A DNA stretch of 64,000 nucleotides from the NCBI GenBank assembly GCA_031362565.1, contig JANLSU010000014.1:32001-96000 (forward strand), read 5' to 3'. The DNA comes from a bacterium. GTDB taxonomy: Bacteria > Krumholzibacteriota > Krumholzibacteriia > G020349025. The position numbers and the translations under genes are program-made. The notes beneath the pieces were generated by a model. It was not told the DNA's origin, did not search any database, and worked only from the letters and a program-made list of their open reading frames with translations. Of this stretch, positions 53,697 through 63,130 are shown piece after piece. Numbering within the stretch: the first letter of the stretch is position 1; every line of letters starts with the position of its first letter.

Positions 53697-54610
53697 AGCC
53701 GGCCGCGGCGATCCTCTGCGGTCCGACGGCCACGGGTAAGACCGCACTCGCGGTCCAGATCGCAGCCCGCGTCCCGGTCGAGGTCATCTCCGCCGATTCG
53801 CGCCAAGTGTACCGGCACTTGGATATCGGCACCGCCAAGCCCACCGCTGGGGAACGCGCCGCCGTCCCACACCATTTGATCGATTTCCTGGCGCTGGATG
53901 GCGCTTACAACGCGGCGCGTTTCGCCGCCGATGCGCGGGCGCTCATGGCCGAGATTCGCGCCCGCGGCCGGGTGCCGCTCGTGGTCGGCGGGGCGGGTTT
54001 TTATCTGCGCGTTCTCGAAGCGGGCCTCTTCGATGCACCCTATGAGCCCGAAACGCTCCAGCGCGTGCGCGCCGAGTTGGCAACGTGGCCCACGGACGCC
54101 ATCGGCGCCGAACTTGAGCGGCTCGATCCCGAACGTCGCGCCACCCTGCATCCGAACGACCGACAGCGCTTGGCGCGGGCCCTCGAAATCTGCATCGCGT
54201 CGGGCCGCACGGTCACCGCACTCACGGCGGCGCGCCACGTTCCGGAGGAGCATTTCGTGCGTTTCCGGCTCACCGTCGAGCGCCCGGAACTGCATCGGCG
54301 CATCGCGGCCCGAACCGCGGCACTCTTCGATGCGGGCTGGATCGCGGAGGTCGAAGCGTTGATCCAAAGCGGCGTCGACCCGGAGAGCCCGGCACTCGCG
54401 ACCCTCGGCTATCCACATGTCGTGGCGGTGGTGCGCGGCGCGTTGCAACGCGATGCAGCGCTGGAGCTGGTGATGCGCGACACGCGGCGTTTCGCACGCC
54501 ATCAGGAGACCTGGTTTCGCAAGCTCGCCGACGCAAGCCTGATCGCGCCCGGCGACGACCGGACCCCCGACATGGTGGCGGCGCGCTTGCGGCGTGAATT
54601 CGGCGTCTGA
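53693..54610 (+). CDS. miaA: tRNA (adenosine-37-N6)-dimethylallyltransferase
   Basis: GPTATGKT, ISADSRQVY..LDIGTAKP, PHHLID, VGG.GFY, HPND..R..RALE, TR.FA..Q.TWF. Confidence 0.96.
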
Positions 54611-54617
54611 GCAACGC

Positions 54618-54646
54618 TTGACGCTCCGCGGGCGCGATGCTAGCGT
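54618..54646 (+). promoter_or_regulatory. Sigma-70 promoter of tRNA-Gly
   Basis: TTGACG (54618-54623), 17 nt, TAGCGT (54641-54646), with extended TG. Confidence 0.65.
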
Positions 54647-54660
54647 GCCCAGCGAGTGAT

Positions 54661-54736
54661 GCGGGTGTAGCTCAGTTGGTAGAGCATCAGCTTCCCAAGC
54701 TGAGGGTCGTGGGTTCGAAACCCATCACCCGCTCCA
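54661..54736 (+). tRNA. tRNA-Gly (anticodon CCC)
   Basis: GCGGGTG/CACCCGC acceptor stem, D-arm AGCTCAGTTGGTAGAGC, TCAGC-TTCCCAA-GCTGA anticodon arm, GGTTCGAAAC, encoded CCA. Confidence 0.97.
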
Positions 54737-54765
54737 CTCGTCGAGGCCGGTTCGCCGGCCTCGAC

Positions 54766-55698
54766 TCATTTCCGCCGTGGCGGGCGCTCTGGAGCGGGCC
54801 GCCGGCGCACGGGCGCCGGTTTGCGGCGCTGGGCGTGAAAGTCACGAATGATCTTCCAGGCCTCGTCGGCCGTTTCCGCGTAGCGCACGAGGCCGAGATC
54901 CTGGTCGGCGATCGTGCCCTCGTCGGCGAGATACTGCAGATCGAGCGCCCCCTGCCAAAACTCGCGTCCAAACAGAATCACCGGCATAACGCGCGTCTTC
55001 CCGGTCTGCATGAGCGTCAGTGCCTCGAAGAGTTCGTCGAGCGTGCCGTAGCCGCCCGGAAACGCGACCAGCGCCTGGGCGCGCAACAGGAAATGCATTT
55101 TGCGGACCGCGAAGTAATGAAATTGAAAGCACAGTTCGGGCGTGATGTACGAGTTGGGTGCTTGCTCCATGGGCAGGGTGATGTTGAGCCCAATGCTCGG
55201 CTCACCGACGTCGAATGCGCCGCGGTTGGCGGCTTCCATGATCCCAGGGCCGCCGCCGGTGACGATCACGTAGTCGGTTTCACCGCGCTTGCGGGATTCG
55301 GAGACCAAGCGGCCGAACTCGCGCGCTTCGTCGTAGTAACGCGCTTTGGCGAGAACCCGCCGCGCCACCGCCAGCCGGCGCGTCAGCCCCGGATCGGCAG
55401 GCCGCGACTGGAACTCGGCCTCCAGGGACGCGACGCGGCCGCGGGCCACCGCCGGTTCGATGATGCGCGTGCCGCCAAACGCCACGATGGTGAAACGGAT
55501 CTGGTGGTGCCGGAGGATCATCTCGGGTTTTTGCAACTCGAGCTGCAGGCGGAGCGGCCGCTGGTCGTGCTGCATGATGAACTCGTGATCCTCGAATGCC
55601 AGGCTGTACGCCGGCGATTCGACGATCGCCTGAATGCGGGTCGCGGCCGCCGCCGGCGCATCCGGATCCGTGCCACCCTGACGCTTACGGGAACTCAT
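54766..55698 (-). CDS. LOG-family (TIGR00730) nucleotide 5'-monophosphate phosphoribohydrolase
   Basis: TGGGPGIMEAANRGA, GLNITLP.EQ.PN.Y, F.YF..RK, PGGYGTLDE. Confidence 0.9.
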   Translation of the reverse strand: MSSRKRQGGTDPDAPAAAATRIQAIVESPAYSLAFEDHEFIMQHDQRPLRLQLELQKPEMILRHHQIRFTIVAFGGTRIIEPAVARGRVASLEAEFQSRPADPGLTRRLAVARRVLAKARYYDEAREFGRLVSESRKRGETDYVIVTGGGPGIMEAANRGAFDVGEPSIGLNITLPMEQAPNSYITPELCFQFHYFAVRKMHFLLRAQALVAFPGGYGTLDELFEALTLMQTGKTRVMPVILFGREFWQGALDLQYLADEGTIADQDLGLVRYAETADEAWKIIRDFHAQRRKPAPVRRRPAPERPPRRK

Positions 55699-55727
55699 CC
55701 TCGGTCCTTTCGTCCTGGCCTCGTGGG

Positions 55728-57113
55728 TCACAATTCGATGCGCTGGCGATAGGCCGGCGCGATCACATTCCAGCCGCGCTTGGTGTGCAACGTGTCGGTG
55801 AGCGCGGCGGCCGCGCCCGGTTCGCCGTGCGTCACGAACACCTGGCGCGGCGCCGGCTCGACGTCGTGCAGCCAGCGCACGAGTTCGTCGCGGTCGGCAT
55901 GTCCCGACAAATGTCCCAAGTCGACGACCTCGGCGCGCACCGGAATCTCCTGCCCGTACAAGCGCACGGTTGGGGCGCCCTCCTGCAGCGCCCGGCCGCG
56001 CGTGCCGACGGCCTGATAGCCGACGAGGGCGATCATATGGCGCGGATCGGGCGCCACCCATTCCAAGTGGTGCAGGACACGCCCGCCGGTCAGCATGCCG
56101 CTCGACGAGAGGAGCAGTGCGGGGCCGTGCATGTTGTTCAAGCGCTTCGATTCTTGTGCGGTGCGGCACAAATGCACGTTCGGCCCGTAGAGCACGCACG
56201 ACGGCCCGGTCAAGTCCTCGGCCGGAATGCCGTGCAGTTCCGGGTACTTGCAGTAGATCGCCGTCGCGTCCACCGCCATCGGGCTATCGAGATAGATCGG
56301 GAATTCGGGCAATGCCCCGGTGCGAATGAGTTCGCGGGCAAGGTAAATGATCTGTTGGGCGCGCCCGACGGCGAAGGCCGGCACGAGCAGTACGGCGCGT
56401 TTCTCGAGCATGCGCTGCAGAACGTGGCGCAACGCATCGAGCGGTTCGCCCGGCGGATGGAGCCGGTCGCCATACGTCGACTCGACCAACATCACATCGG
56501 GATTGCCCGGTGCTTCGGGGTCGGCGACGAGCGGCATGCCGTTGCGGCCGACATCGCCGCTGAACAGCACGTGCAGTTCGCGGCCGGCATCCCGTGCCAC
56601 GACGTCGATCATCGCCGAGCCCAAGAGATGCCCGGCGTCGCGGAACCGGGCGCGGAACTGCGGCGACACATCGAACCACTCGCCGTACTTCTTGGTCTGC
56701 ATGCGCTCCAGGAGCTGGTCGACGTCGTGCCGGTCGTAGAGCGGCAACGCCGGCGTGTGCTTGGAGAGACCCTTCGTGTTGAAAAACGCCGCGTCCTCTT
56801 CCTGCAAATGCGCCGAGTCATGCAAGAGAATGCGCGTCAAATCGAGGGTCGGCGGCGTGCAGAATACGGTGCCCGTGAAGCCGAGCTTCGCGAGGCGCGG
56901 CAGGAAGCCGCTGTGATCGATGTGGGCATGGGTCAGCAGCACCCAACGCAGCGCCTTCACATCGAAGGGGGGTTGGTCCCAGTTGCGCAGCCGCAATTCC
57001 TTGAGGCCCTGAAAGAGCCCGCAGTCGACCAGCAGTTGCTCGCCGCCCGCTTCGAGCAGATGTTTGGATCCAGTGACGCTGCCGGCGCCGCCGCAAAATG
57101 TAAGCGCGATCAC
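55728..57113 (-). CDS. Metallo-beta-lactamase/beta-CASP ribonuclease (TTHA0252/YSH1-like)
   Basis: G.AGSVTGS, DCGLFQG, THAHIDHSG, AGHLLGS, FSGD, ESTYGDR, PAFAVGRAQ, SGMLTGGR, SGHAD, HGE; GAAGGA RBS. Confidence 0.92.
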   Translation of the reverse strand: MIALTFCGGAGSVTGSKHLLEAGGEQLLVDCGLFQGLKELRLRNWDQPPFDVKALRWVLLTHAHIDHSGFLPRLAKLGFTGTVFCTPPTLDLTRILLHDSAHLQEEDAAFFNTKGLSKHTPALPLYDRHDVDQLLERMQTKKYGEWFDVSPQFRARFRDAGHLLGSAMIDVVARDAGRELHVLFSGDVGRNGMPLVADPEAPGNPDVMLVESTYGDRLHPPGEPLDALRHVLQRMLEKRAVLLVPAFAVGRAQQIIYLARELIRTGALPEFPIYLDSPMAVDATAIYCKYPELHGIPAEDLTGPSCVLYGPNVHLCRTAQESKRLNNMHGPALLLSSSGMLTGGRVLHHLEWVAPDPRHMIALVGYQAVGTRGRALQEGAPTVRLYGQEIPVRAEVVDLGHLSGHADRDELVRWLHDVEPAPRQVFVTHGEPGAAAALTDTLHTKRGWNVIAPAYRQRIEL

Positions 57114-57177
57114 GCGTGCCTCCTTCGTCGGAACGCACGCAGAATCGCAGATCGCACCGCACGAGGAAAGCGGGGGC

Positions 57178-57412
57178 GAAAGCGAGAGAGAGCCGGCCGA
57201 ACGCGTGCCGGATCGAAGGGAACGCCCGGCCGGCCCAGAAAGCGCCCGCTTCACTGCACCGTCGCTTTGCAACGAGCCACGGCAAACATGCGAGGCGGAT
57301 CGCGGTTGGAGGGGGAGAGCGGGCGCGCCAACCTCCGCGGCCCCGCCCCTCTGACACCGGCACCGAAACGGGCCTGCCACGGCGTGGCGGCAGCACCGCG
57401 TCTCGTCCTGGG
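57178..57412 (-). ncRNA. Candidate structured RNA (6S-sized rod or cis-regulatory leader) ending in a terminator-like hairpin
   Basis: 352-nt intergenic gap; nested complementary segments, a GCAA tetraloop hairpin, a 12-bp terminal stem with pyrimidine tract and an upstream promoter. Folded by hand only. Confidence 0.45.
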
Positions 57413-57416
57413 CGGA

Positions 57417-57445
57417 AAGGTAAGAAAGGCGGTGCGCCGCCGCAA
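57417..57445 (-). promoter_or_regulatory. Sigma-70-type promoter driving the candidate RNA/RNase leader
   Basis: Minus strand TTGCGG (57445-57440), 17 nt, TACCTT (57422-57417). Confidence 0.5.
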
Positions 57446-57465
57446 GGACGCGCCGGCCAAGGGGG

Positions 57466-58563
57466 CTAGTAGCCCGGGAGCGCCACCCAGGCACCGCTCT
57501 GGTGCGACTGGCGAACGGCGTCCAGCACGTCCTGGACCGCCTGGCCGTCCGCGAAGGTCGCAGCGCTCGCCGGCGGCTCGTGGCCCGCTTCGATGGCCTG
57601 CACGAGGGCCCGGGCTGAATGGACGAAGGCCAGTGCCCAGGGCGAGTCCGGAAGGATCTGGCGCACCTCGGCCGCCAAGGGGTCGGGCTCGCTCAACAAA
57701 TCGAATGGCGCGTCGGGGGCCGACGGATCCCGCCGGCTGCCCCAAAGGCGCATTTCCGTGTCGAGCTTCAAGGCGCCTTCGGTGCCCTGAATGACGACAT
57801 GAAATCCTTCGCCGCGATGCGCAACCGCCGACAAGTTGATGACGATCTGCAGTGCATGCGGGCCAGAGGTGCAGAGCCAGAATGCCGCCCAGTCATCGGC
57901 ATCGACGGCGCGCGGCCGCAGCTCGCCGGCCGCGGCGCGCTCGGGCACGAAGGTGCGCAGCACGCCGGCGGCGGCGGCAATGTCTCCGAACAGCCACCGG
58001 AAGAGATCGACGGCATGCGAGCCAAAGGCACCGAGCGCACCACCGCCGCGCTGGCGTTCTTGCCACCAGCTATGCGGCCGGGAATGGTCGAGCCAACGCG
58101 GCGTCGCAAGATCCCACTGTGCATAGAGCGGCGTTCCCACGAACCCATCGGCAATCAAGCGCCGCAGGCGAACGACACTGGGCGCGAAGCGCAATTGATG
58201 ATCGATGAGCGCAAAGCCCCGGGCGGCGCGCGCCGCCGCCGTCATCACCGCCGCCTCACCGGCATCGAGAGCCATGGGTTTTTCGCACAGCACATGCTTG
58301 CCGGCCGCGAGTGCCGCGAGCGCGAGCGTCCGATGCGTGTCGGGCGGCGTGGAAATACAGATGAGGTCGATGGCGGCATCGCTCAGCACGGCCTCGAGCT
58401 GGGTCGATGATCGCGCGATGCCGTGACGGCGTGCGAGCGCTTCGGTCCGCGCTGGGTCACGCCCCACCAAGGCACGGATTTCGGCACCGGGAATGAGCCG
58501 GAAGGCCGGCAATTGCACATTGAGGGCAAATCCCGTTCCGACGAGCGCGATGCCGACCGCCAC
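57466..58563 (-). CDS. Gfo/Idh/MocA-family oxidoreductase
   Basis: IALVGTGF, ISTPPDTH, AGKHVLCEKP, GGGALG..GSH..D. Confidence 0.9.
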   Translation of the reverse strand: MAVGIALVGTGFALNVQLPAFRLIPGAEIRALVGRDPARTEALARRHGIARSSTQLEAVLSDAAIDLICISTPPDTHRTLALAALAAGKHVLCEKPMALDAGEAAVMTAAARAARGFALIDHQLRFAPSVVRLRRLIADGFVGTPLYAQWDLATPRWLDHSRPHSWWQERQRGGGALGAFGSHAVDLFRWLFGDIAAAAGVLRTFVPERAAAGELRPRAVDADDWAAFWLCTSGPHALQIVINLSAVAHRGEGFHVVIQGTEGALKLDTEMRLWGSRRDPSAPDAPFDLLSEPDPLAAEVRQILPDSPWALAFVHSARALVQAIEAGHEPPASAATFADGQAVQDVLDAVRQSHQSGAWVALPGY

Positions 58564-58662
58564 GATTCCGCCTCCAGTCCCGCGGCCAGTCTAGTCCGAA
58601 CGGCCGGGCCCTGGCGAGTGCGTCGAGCGGCGGGTATGCTCACGGTGATGGAGGTTCGAGTC

Positions 58663-59439
58663 ATGAAGTTGCCCGTGCCGGTCCTGGCGTTGGCGGTTGT
58701 CGCCGGTCTGCTGGCTCCGACAACCGCCGCTGCCACCGCGCCCACCGAGCCGACCCGCATCGAACTCAAAACCGCCGACGGATTGACGATCGCCGGATTT
58801 TGGTTGGATTCACACATCGATAAGGGCCCGGCCCTGATCCTGCTGCACAACAGCGGCCGCGACCACTATCCGTATCGAGTCCTGTGGCAGTATTTGCTGC
58901 GGCAGGGTGTGAGCGTGCTGGCGATCGATTTTCGCGGTCACGGCGCGTCGCAACGGACCACCCCGGCCGCCTACGAGATGCTCGTGACACGCGATCAGCG
59001 CGTCTATACGGATTTCATTCAGGATGCCCGCGCCGGTTTGGCGTTCCTGACCCGGGTGCACCACATCCCGCCGGAGAAGATCGGGGTGGTCGGCGGCGAG
59101 GTCGGTGCCACGGTGGGTTTCCAGTTGTGCGCCGAAAACCCAAAACTGCGCGGCTTGGTGGCATTGTCGCCGCTCTCGAACGCCTACGGATTGCCGACGC
59201 TCGAGTATGCGCGCCAGTTCGGCAAACGGCCGCTGCTCATCATCAGCGTCAAACGTCTGCTCGAAGAGGGCCCGCAGCCGATCGTCGACCTGCTGGGGAA
59301 GACCGCTACGGTGCGTCTCGAGGTCTACGCCGGCCTCGAGACGCGCGGCGTCGAGATGCTCGACCAGCCGGCCGCCGTCGAACGCTTCATTCTCGGCTGG
59401 GCCAAAGAGTGGCTGCAGGGCGGCCACCAGGCAAAATAG
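58663..59439 (+). CDS. Secreted alpha/beta-hydrolase-fold protein (catalytic Ser and His apparently replaced)
   Basis: Signal peptide; TADG..I.G, LILLH, LAIDFRGHGAS, IGVVGGEVGA, VALSP; GGAGG RBS. Confidence 0.75.
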   Translation: MKLPVPVLALAVVAGLLAPTTAAATAPTEPTRIELKTADGLTIAGFWLDSHIDKGPALILLHNSGRDHYPYRVLWQYLLRQGVSVLAIDFRGHGASQRTTPAAYEMLVTRDQRVYTDFIQDARAGLAFLTRVHHIPPEKIGVVGGEVGATVGFQLCAENPKLRGLVALSPLSNAYGLPTLEYARQFGKRPLLIISVKRLLEEGPQPIVDLLGKTATVRLEVYAGLETRGVEMLDQPAAVERFILGWAKEWLQGGHQAK

Positions 59440-59471
59440 GCGCAACCCCCATTGCGGCAACGGGTTCGACG

Positions 59472-59500
59472 TCCAGGCTCGAATTTTGCCCGAGCCTGGA
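59472..59500. terminator. Hairpin after the hydrolase-like gene
   Basis: TCCAGGCTCG / CGAGCCTGGA, a perfect 10-bp inverted repeat. Confidence 0.45.
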
Positions 59501-59582
59501 ACGAGCATTTGACCGCTAGTCGCCACTGTGATAAGAGATTCCGTGGTTCGTCTCAGATCGCCTGCGAAGGAAGGGCCCCTCG

Positions 59583-60959
59583 GTGCGGAAGCGTGTGACC
59601 GTGGCGATCGTCGGTCGCCCCAACGTCGGAAAATCGACGCTGTTCAATCGCGTCCTCCGGCGCCGCGAGGCGGTCGTCCATGACGAGCCCGGGGTGACGC
59701 GCGACCGCCACTACGGCCTGACCGACTGGGCGGGCCATCCCTTCTATGTCGTCGACACCGGCGGACTCGTGCCGGGGGCGCGCGACGGAATTCCGTCCCT
59801 GGTCCGCGAAAGCGCCCTGATCGCCATCACCGAGGCCGACGTGCTGGTACTCGTGACTGATGCGACCACCGGGGTCACGACGCTCGACCAGGAAGTCGCC
59901 GAAATATTGCGGCGCAGCCGCAAGCCGGTCATTCTGGCGGTCAACAAGACCGAGGAGCCGAGCCGGGTGCTCGAAGCGAGCGAATTCTATGCGCTCGGGC
60001 TCGGCGACCCGATTCCGATCTCGGCGCTCCATGGCACGAGCACCGGTGATCTGCTCGATCGCATCGTCGCGGCCCTGCCCGACAACGGGCCCGAGCCCGA
60101 GAGTGATGCCGAGTTGCGCATTGCCATCGTCGGGCGCCCGAACGTCGGCAAGAGTTCACTGCTGAACGCGCTGGTGGGTGAGTCGCGGGCGCTCGTCAGC
60201 GAGGAACCCGGTACGACGCGCGACTCCATCGATTCACGCTTGCGCTGGCATGGGCATTCGATCGATCTCGTCGACACGGCCGGCCTGCGGCGTCAGGCGC
60301 GGCGCAAGGACGCGGTGGATGTCTTCGCATCGATCCGCACCATGCGAAGCATCGAACGCTCCGATGTGTGTCTGCTGCTCCTCGACGCCAGCGAACCCAT
60401 CAGCAATCAGGACACGCGCATCGGCGGCTATATCCACAAGGCCGGCAGGGGACTGGTCATTTGTTTCAACAAATGGGATCTGGTCGAGAAGGACACCAAG
60501 ACCGTCAACGAGTTCAAGCGCAACTTCGAACGCGATTTCGCTTTCGCGACCTATGCGCCGCAGATCTTCATCTCGGCACTGACCGGAACGCGGGTGCACA
60601 AGCCGCTCGAGGTGGCCTGGATGGTGGGTGAAGCACGCGCCCAGCAAATCCCGACGCCGGTCCTGAACCGGGTGTTGCACGACGCCGTCAACCGCCGGCC
60701 GCCGCACTACCATAGCGGCGGCACCGGCACCGTGAAGTATGCCGTGCAGTCCGACACGCGGCCGCCGCGCTTCGCGGTCTTCGTCAACAACCCGACGTTC
60801 TTCGAACGATCTTATATTCGCTATCTGTCGAATGCGATGCGCGAAACGTTCGATTTTCCGGGCAGTGTCTTGAAGATCGAATTGCGGCCGAGTCCGTCCA
60901 AGCGCCGTGGGGCGCCGGGGGCGCCCGGCACGGCAGTGGCAGAGGAAGAGGACGAATGA
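59583..60959 (+). CDS. der: Ribosome biogenesis GTPase Der
   Basis: Two tandem G domains (GRPNVGKS, PG.TRD, DTGG/DTAG, NK) and a KH-like C-terminus. Confidence 0.97.
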   Translation: MRKRVTVAIVGRPNVGKSTLFNRVLRRREAVVHDEPGVTRDRHYGLTDWAGHPFYVVDTGGLVPGARDGIPSLVRESALIAITEADVLVLVTDATTGVTTLDQEVAEILRRSRKPVILAVNKTEEPSRVLEASEFYALGLGDPIPISALHGTSTGDLLDRIVAALPDNGPEPESDAELRIAIVGRPNVGKSSLLNALVGESRALVSEEPGTTRDSIDSRLRWHGHSIDLVDTAGLRRQARRKDAVDVFASIRTMRSIERSDVCLLLLDASEPISNQDTRIGGYIHKAGRGLVICFNKWDLVEKDTKTVNEFKRNFERDFAFATYAPQIFISALTGTRVHKPLEVAWMVGEARAQQIPTPVLNRVLHDAVNRRPPHYHSGGTGTVKYAVQSDTRPPRFAVFVNNPTFFERSYIRYLSNAMRETFDFPGSVLKIELRPSPSKRRGAPGAPGTAVAEEEDE

Positions 60960-61615
60960 TCACGCTCGCCGTCGTCGTGGTCGCGTCGTATCTCGTCGGG
61001 GCGGTGCCGTGGAGCTTGCTTCTGGTGCGCTGGGTCAAGGGCATCGATTTGCGCACCGTCGGCAGCGGCAATCTCGGCGCCACGAACACCTTTCGCGCTC
61101 TCGGAGCGGCCGGCGGACTCGTGGTGCTCGCACTCGACATTGCCAAGGGCTTCGTCGCGCCGGTGGTGATCGCCCGTTGGCGGATCGATGCACCGCCGGT
61201 GCCGGGCGATGTGCTGGCGCTCGCAGCCGGCATGGCTGCCATCTTGGGACACATGTTTCCGGTCTACACGCATTTCCGCGGCGGCAAGGGGATCGCAACG
61301 ACGGCCGGCGTTTTCCTGGGGCTCGAACCGCGCGCCTGTCTAGTGGCGATCGGCGCCTTCGCGCTCGGCTTCGGAGTGTCGCGCGGCATCGTTTCGGTGG
61401 GCAGCTTGGCGGCAGCACTGGCGCTGCCGTTTGCGGTGTTCGCGATGGGGCAAAGGAGCGGTGCCACGGCCGCCGTGCATGTCGGAGTCGCAGCGGCGCT
61501 CGCGTTGCTCATTTGGACCAAGCACACGAGCAATCTCTCGCGCCTGGTGCGCGGCCAGGAAGCGAGCATCTTGCGGCGTCGCGGCGCCACGCCGGTACGA
61601 AGGACAGGACCATGA
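60956..61615 (+). CDS. plsY: Glycerol-3-phosphate acyltransferase PlsY
   Basis: SYL.G.VP, GSGN.GATN..R, D..KG, GH..P....FRGGKGIAT, KH.SNL.RL..G.E. Confidence 0.95.
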   Translation: MITLAVVVVASYLVGAVPWSLLLVRWVKGIDLRTVGSGNLGATNTFRALGAAGGLVVLALDIAKGFVAPVVIARWRIDAPPVPGDVLALAAGMAAILGHMFPVYTHFRGGKGIATTAGVFLGLEPRACLVAIGAFALGFGVSRGIVSVGSLAAALALPFAVFAMGQRSGATAAVHVGVAAALALLIWTKHTSNLSRLVRGQEASILRRRGATPVRRTGP

Positions 61616-62634
61616 GCGGCATTGCGATCCTCGGTGCCGGCAGTTGGGGTACGGCTCTGGCCGTCAACTTGGGAGAGAGCGCGCCGGCTCTGTGGGATCA
61701 CGACGAGGCGCGCGCCGTCGCCACCCAAACCTCGCGCGTCAACGGGCGCTATTTGCCCGACGTCCGCCTGCCGGACGGAGTGCGCGTCACCAGCCACTTG
61801 TCCTTGGCATTGCGCGGCGCCGATGTCGTGGTTTTCGCGACCCCATCGCACACCCTCCGCGAGGTCGCCCGCCGGGTCCGTGACGCGGCCGGATTCGATC
61901 CGCAACAGATTGTCGTCAACGTCGCGAAGGGCCTCGAGGAACATTCCGGCAAGCGTCTCTCGCAGGTTCTCGCCGAAGAGTTGCCGCAGCCGGCGAATCG
62001 CATCGTGTCACTCGTCGGCCCGAGCCATGCCGAAGAGGTGGCGCGGCGGATGCCGACCACCGTCGTCGCCGCTGGCACCGACCCGGCGGTGTTGCAGCGC
62101 GTTCAGGAGCTCTTTTCGACCGACACGTTCCGCGTCTATACGAACGACGATGTGATCGGGGTGGAACTCGCCGTGGCGCTCAAGAACGTCATCGCCATCG
62201 CCGCCGGCATCGCCGACGGACTGGGGTTCGGCGACAACACCAAGGGCGCACTGCTGACCCGCGGGCTGGCGGAGATGGCGCGCCTCGGGGTCGCACTCGG
62301 GGCCCGCGCCGAAACGTTCGCCGGGCTGGCGGGACTCGGCGATCTGGTGACGACGGCGACCAGCCGTCACAGCCGCAACCGCAACTTGGGCGAGGCGATC
62401 GCACGCGGCCGCTCGCTCGAAGACGCACGCCGCGATCTCGGAATGGTTGCGGAAGGCGTGCCGACGGCGCGCGCGGCCGTCGAGCTGGCTCGTGCCCGGC
62501 AACTCGAATTGCCTATTTCAGAGCAGGTGTACGCGGTTCTGTTCGAAAAGAAGGATCCGCGGCAGTCGATCCGTGACTTGATGGTGCGTGCGCCCCGGGC
62601 CGAGGCCTGGAGCGACGCAAAAGGAGGATCATGA
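61612..62634 (+). CDS. gpsA: NAD(P)H-dependent glycerol-3-phosphate dehydrogenase
   Basis: GAGSWGTALA, KGLE, GPSHAEEV, ALKNVIAIAAG, GLAGLGDL..T..S..SRN, AEGV. Confidence 0.96.
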   Translation: MSGIAILGAGSWGTALAVNLGESAPALWDHDEARAVATQTSRVNGRYLPDVRLPDGVRVTSHLSLALRGADVVVFATPSHTLREVARRVRDAAGFDPQQIVVNVAKGLEEHSGKRLSQVLAEELPQPANRIVSLVGPSHAEEVARRMPTTVVAAGTDPAVLQRVQELFSTDTFRVYTNDDVIGVELAVALKNVIAIAAGIADGLGFGDNTKGALLTRGLAEMARLGVALGARAETFAGLAGLGDLVTTATSRHSRNRNLGEAIARGRSLEDARRDLGMVAEGVPTARAAVELARARQLELPISEQVYAVLFEKKDPRQSIRDLMVRAPRAEAWSDAKGGS

Positions 62635-63017
62635 CCGTCATCCCTCCCAAACTGTACTTCTCGATCAGCGAGGTCGCCGAGCTGACCGGTGTGAAGGCAC
62701 ACGTTTTGCGGTACTGGGAATCGGAATTCCAGGATTTGCATCCAAAGAAAAATCGCGCCGGAAACCGCAGCTATCGTGAAAAAGACATCCGGCTCGTGAT
62801 GCTGATCCGCGACTTGCTCTACAAGCAGGGGTTCACGATTTCCGGGGCGCGATTGCAGCTCAAGGATCGCCTGCGCCGTGAGGAGCCTGGTCTGGAGGCG
62901 CAGGCGGCGATGCCGGGCTTGGATTTTCCGGCGGCGCCGGTCAGCGACGATCGATCACGCTCGGTGCTGCGTGCCATGAAGCGCGAGCTTCAGGAATTGC
63001 GCAAGCGGCTAGACTGA
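62631..63017 (+). CDS. MerR-family HTH transcriptional regulator
   Basis: KLYFSISEVA.....AHVLRYWE.EF..L.P.K...G.R.Y, LLY.QGFTI.GA. Confidence 0.9.
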   Translation: MTVIPPKLYFSISEVAELTGVKAHVLRYWESEFQDLHPKKNRAGNRSYREKDIRLVMLIRDLLYKQGFTISGARLQLKDRLRREEPGLEAQAAMPGLDFPAAPVSDDRSRSVLRAMKRELQELRKRLD

Positions 63018-63038
63018 GCAGCGGCGTACTGGTAGGCT
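63010..63038 (+). promoter_or_regulatory. Possible promoter of tRNA-Pro
   Basis: TAGACT (63010-63015), 17 nt, TAGGCT (63033-63038), with extended TG. Confidence 0.45.
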
Positions 63039-63049
63039 GCGCCAGCCTT

Positions 63050-63126
63050 CGGGGCGTAGCGCAGCCTGGTAGCGCACCTGCATGGGGTGCAGGTGGTCGC
63101 TGGTTCAAATCCAGTCGCCCCGACCA
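63050..63126 (+). tRNA. tRNA-Pro (anticodon GGG)
   Basis: CGGGGCG/CGCCCCG acceptor stem, AGCGCAGCCTGGTAGCGC, CCTGC-ATGGGGT-GCAGG anticodon arm, GGTTCAAATCC, encoded CCA. Confidence 0.97.
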
Positions 63127-63130
63127 TTTG

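Noticed and set aside
57114..57494. 127-aa N-terminal extension of the beta-CASP RNase in the ORF track
   Set aside because: It is not protein-like; the family begins at I.LTF.G.AG, and an RBS precedes GTG 57113.
63082..63088. A32-U38 in the tRNA-Pro anticodon loop
   Set aside because: This is normal for bacterial tRNA-Pro(GGG).
54661..63126. Genomic island integrated at tRNA-Gly or tRNA-Pro
   Set aside because: No duplicated tRNA 3' end or integrase was seen, and the interval contains core genes (der, plsY, gpsA).
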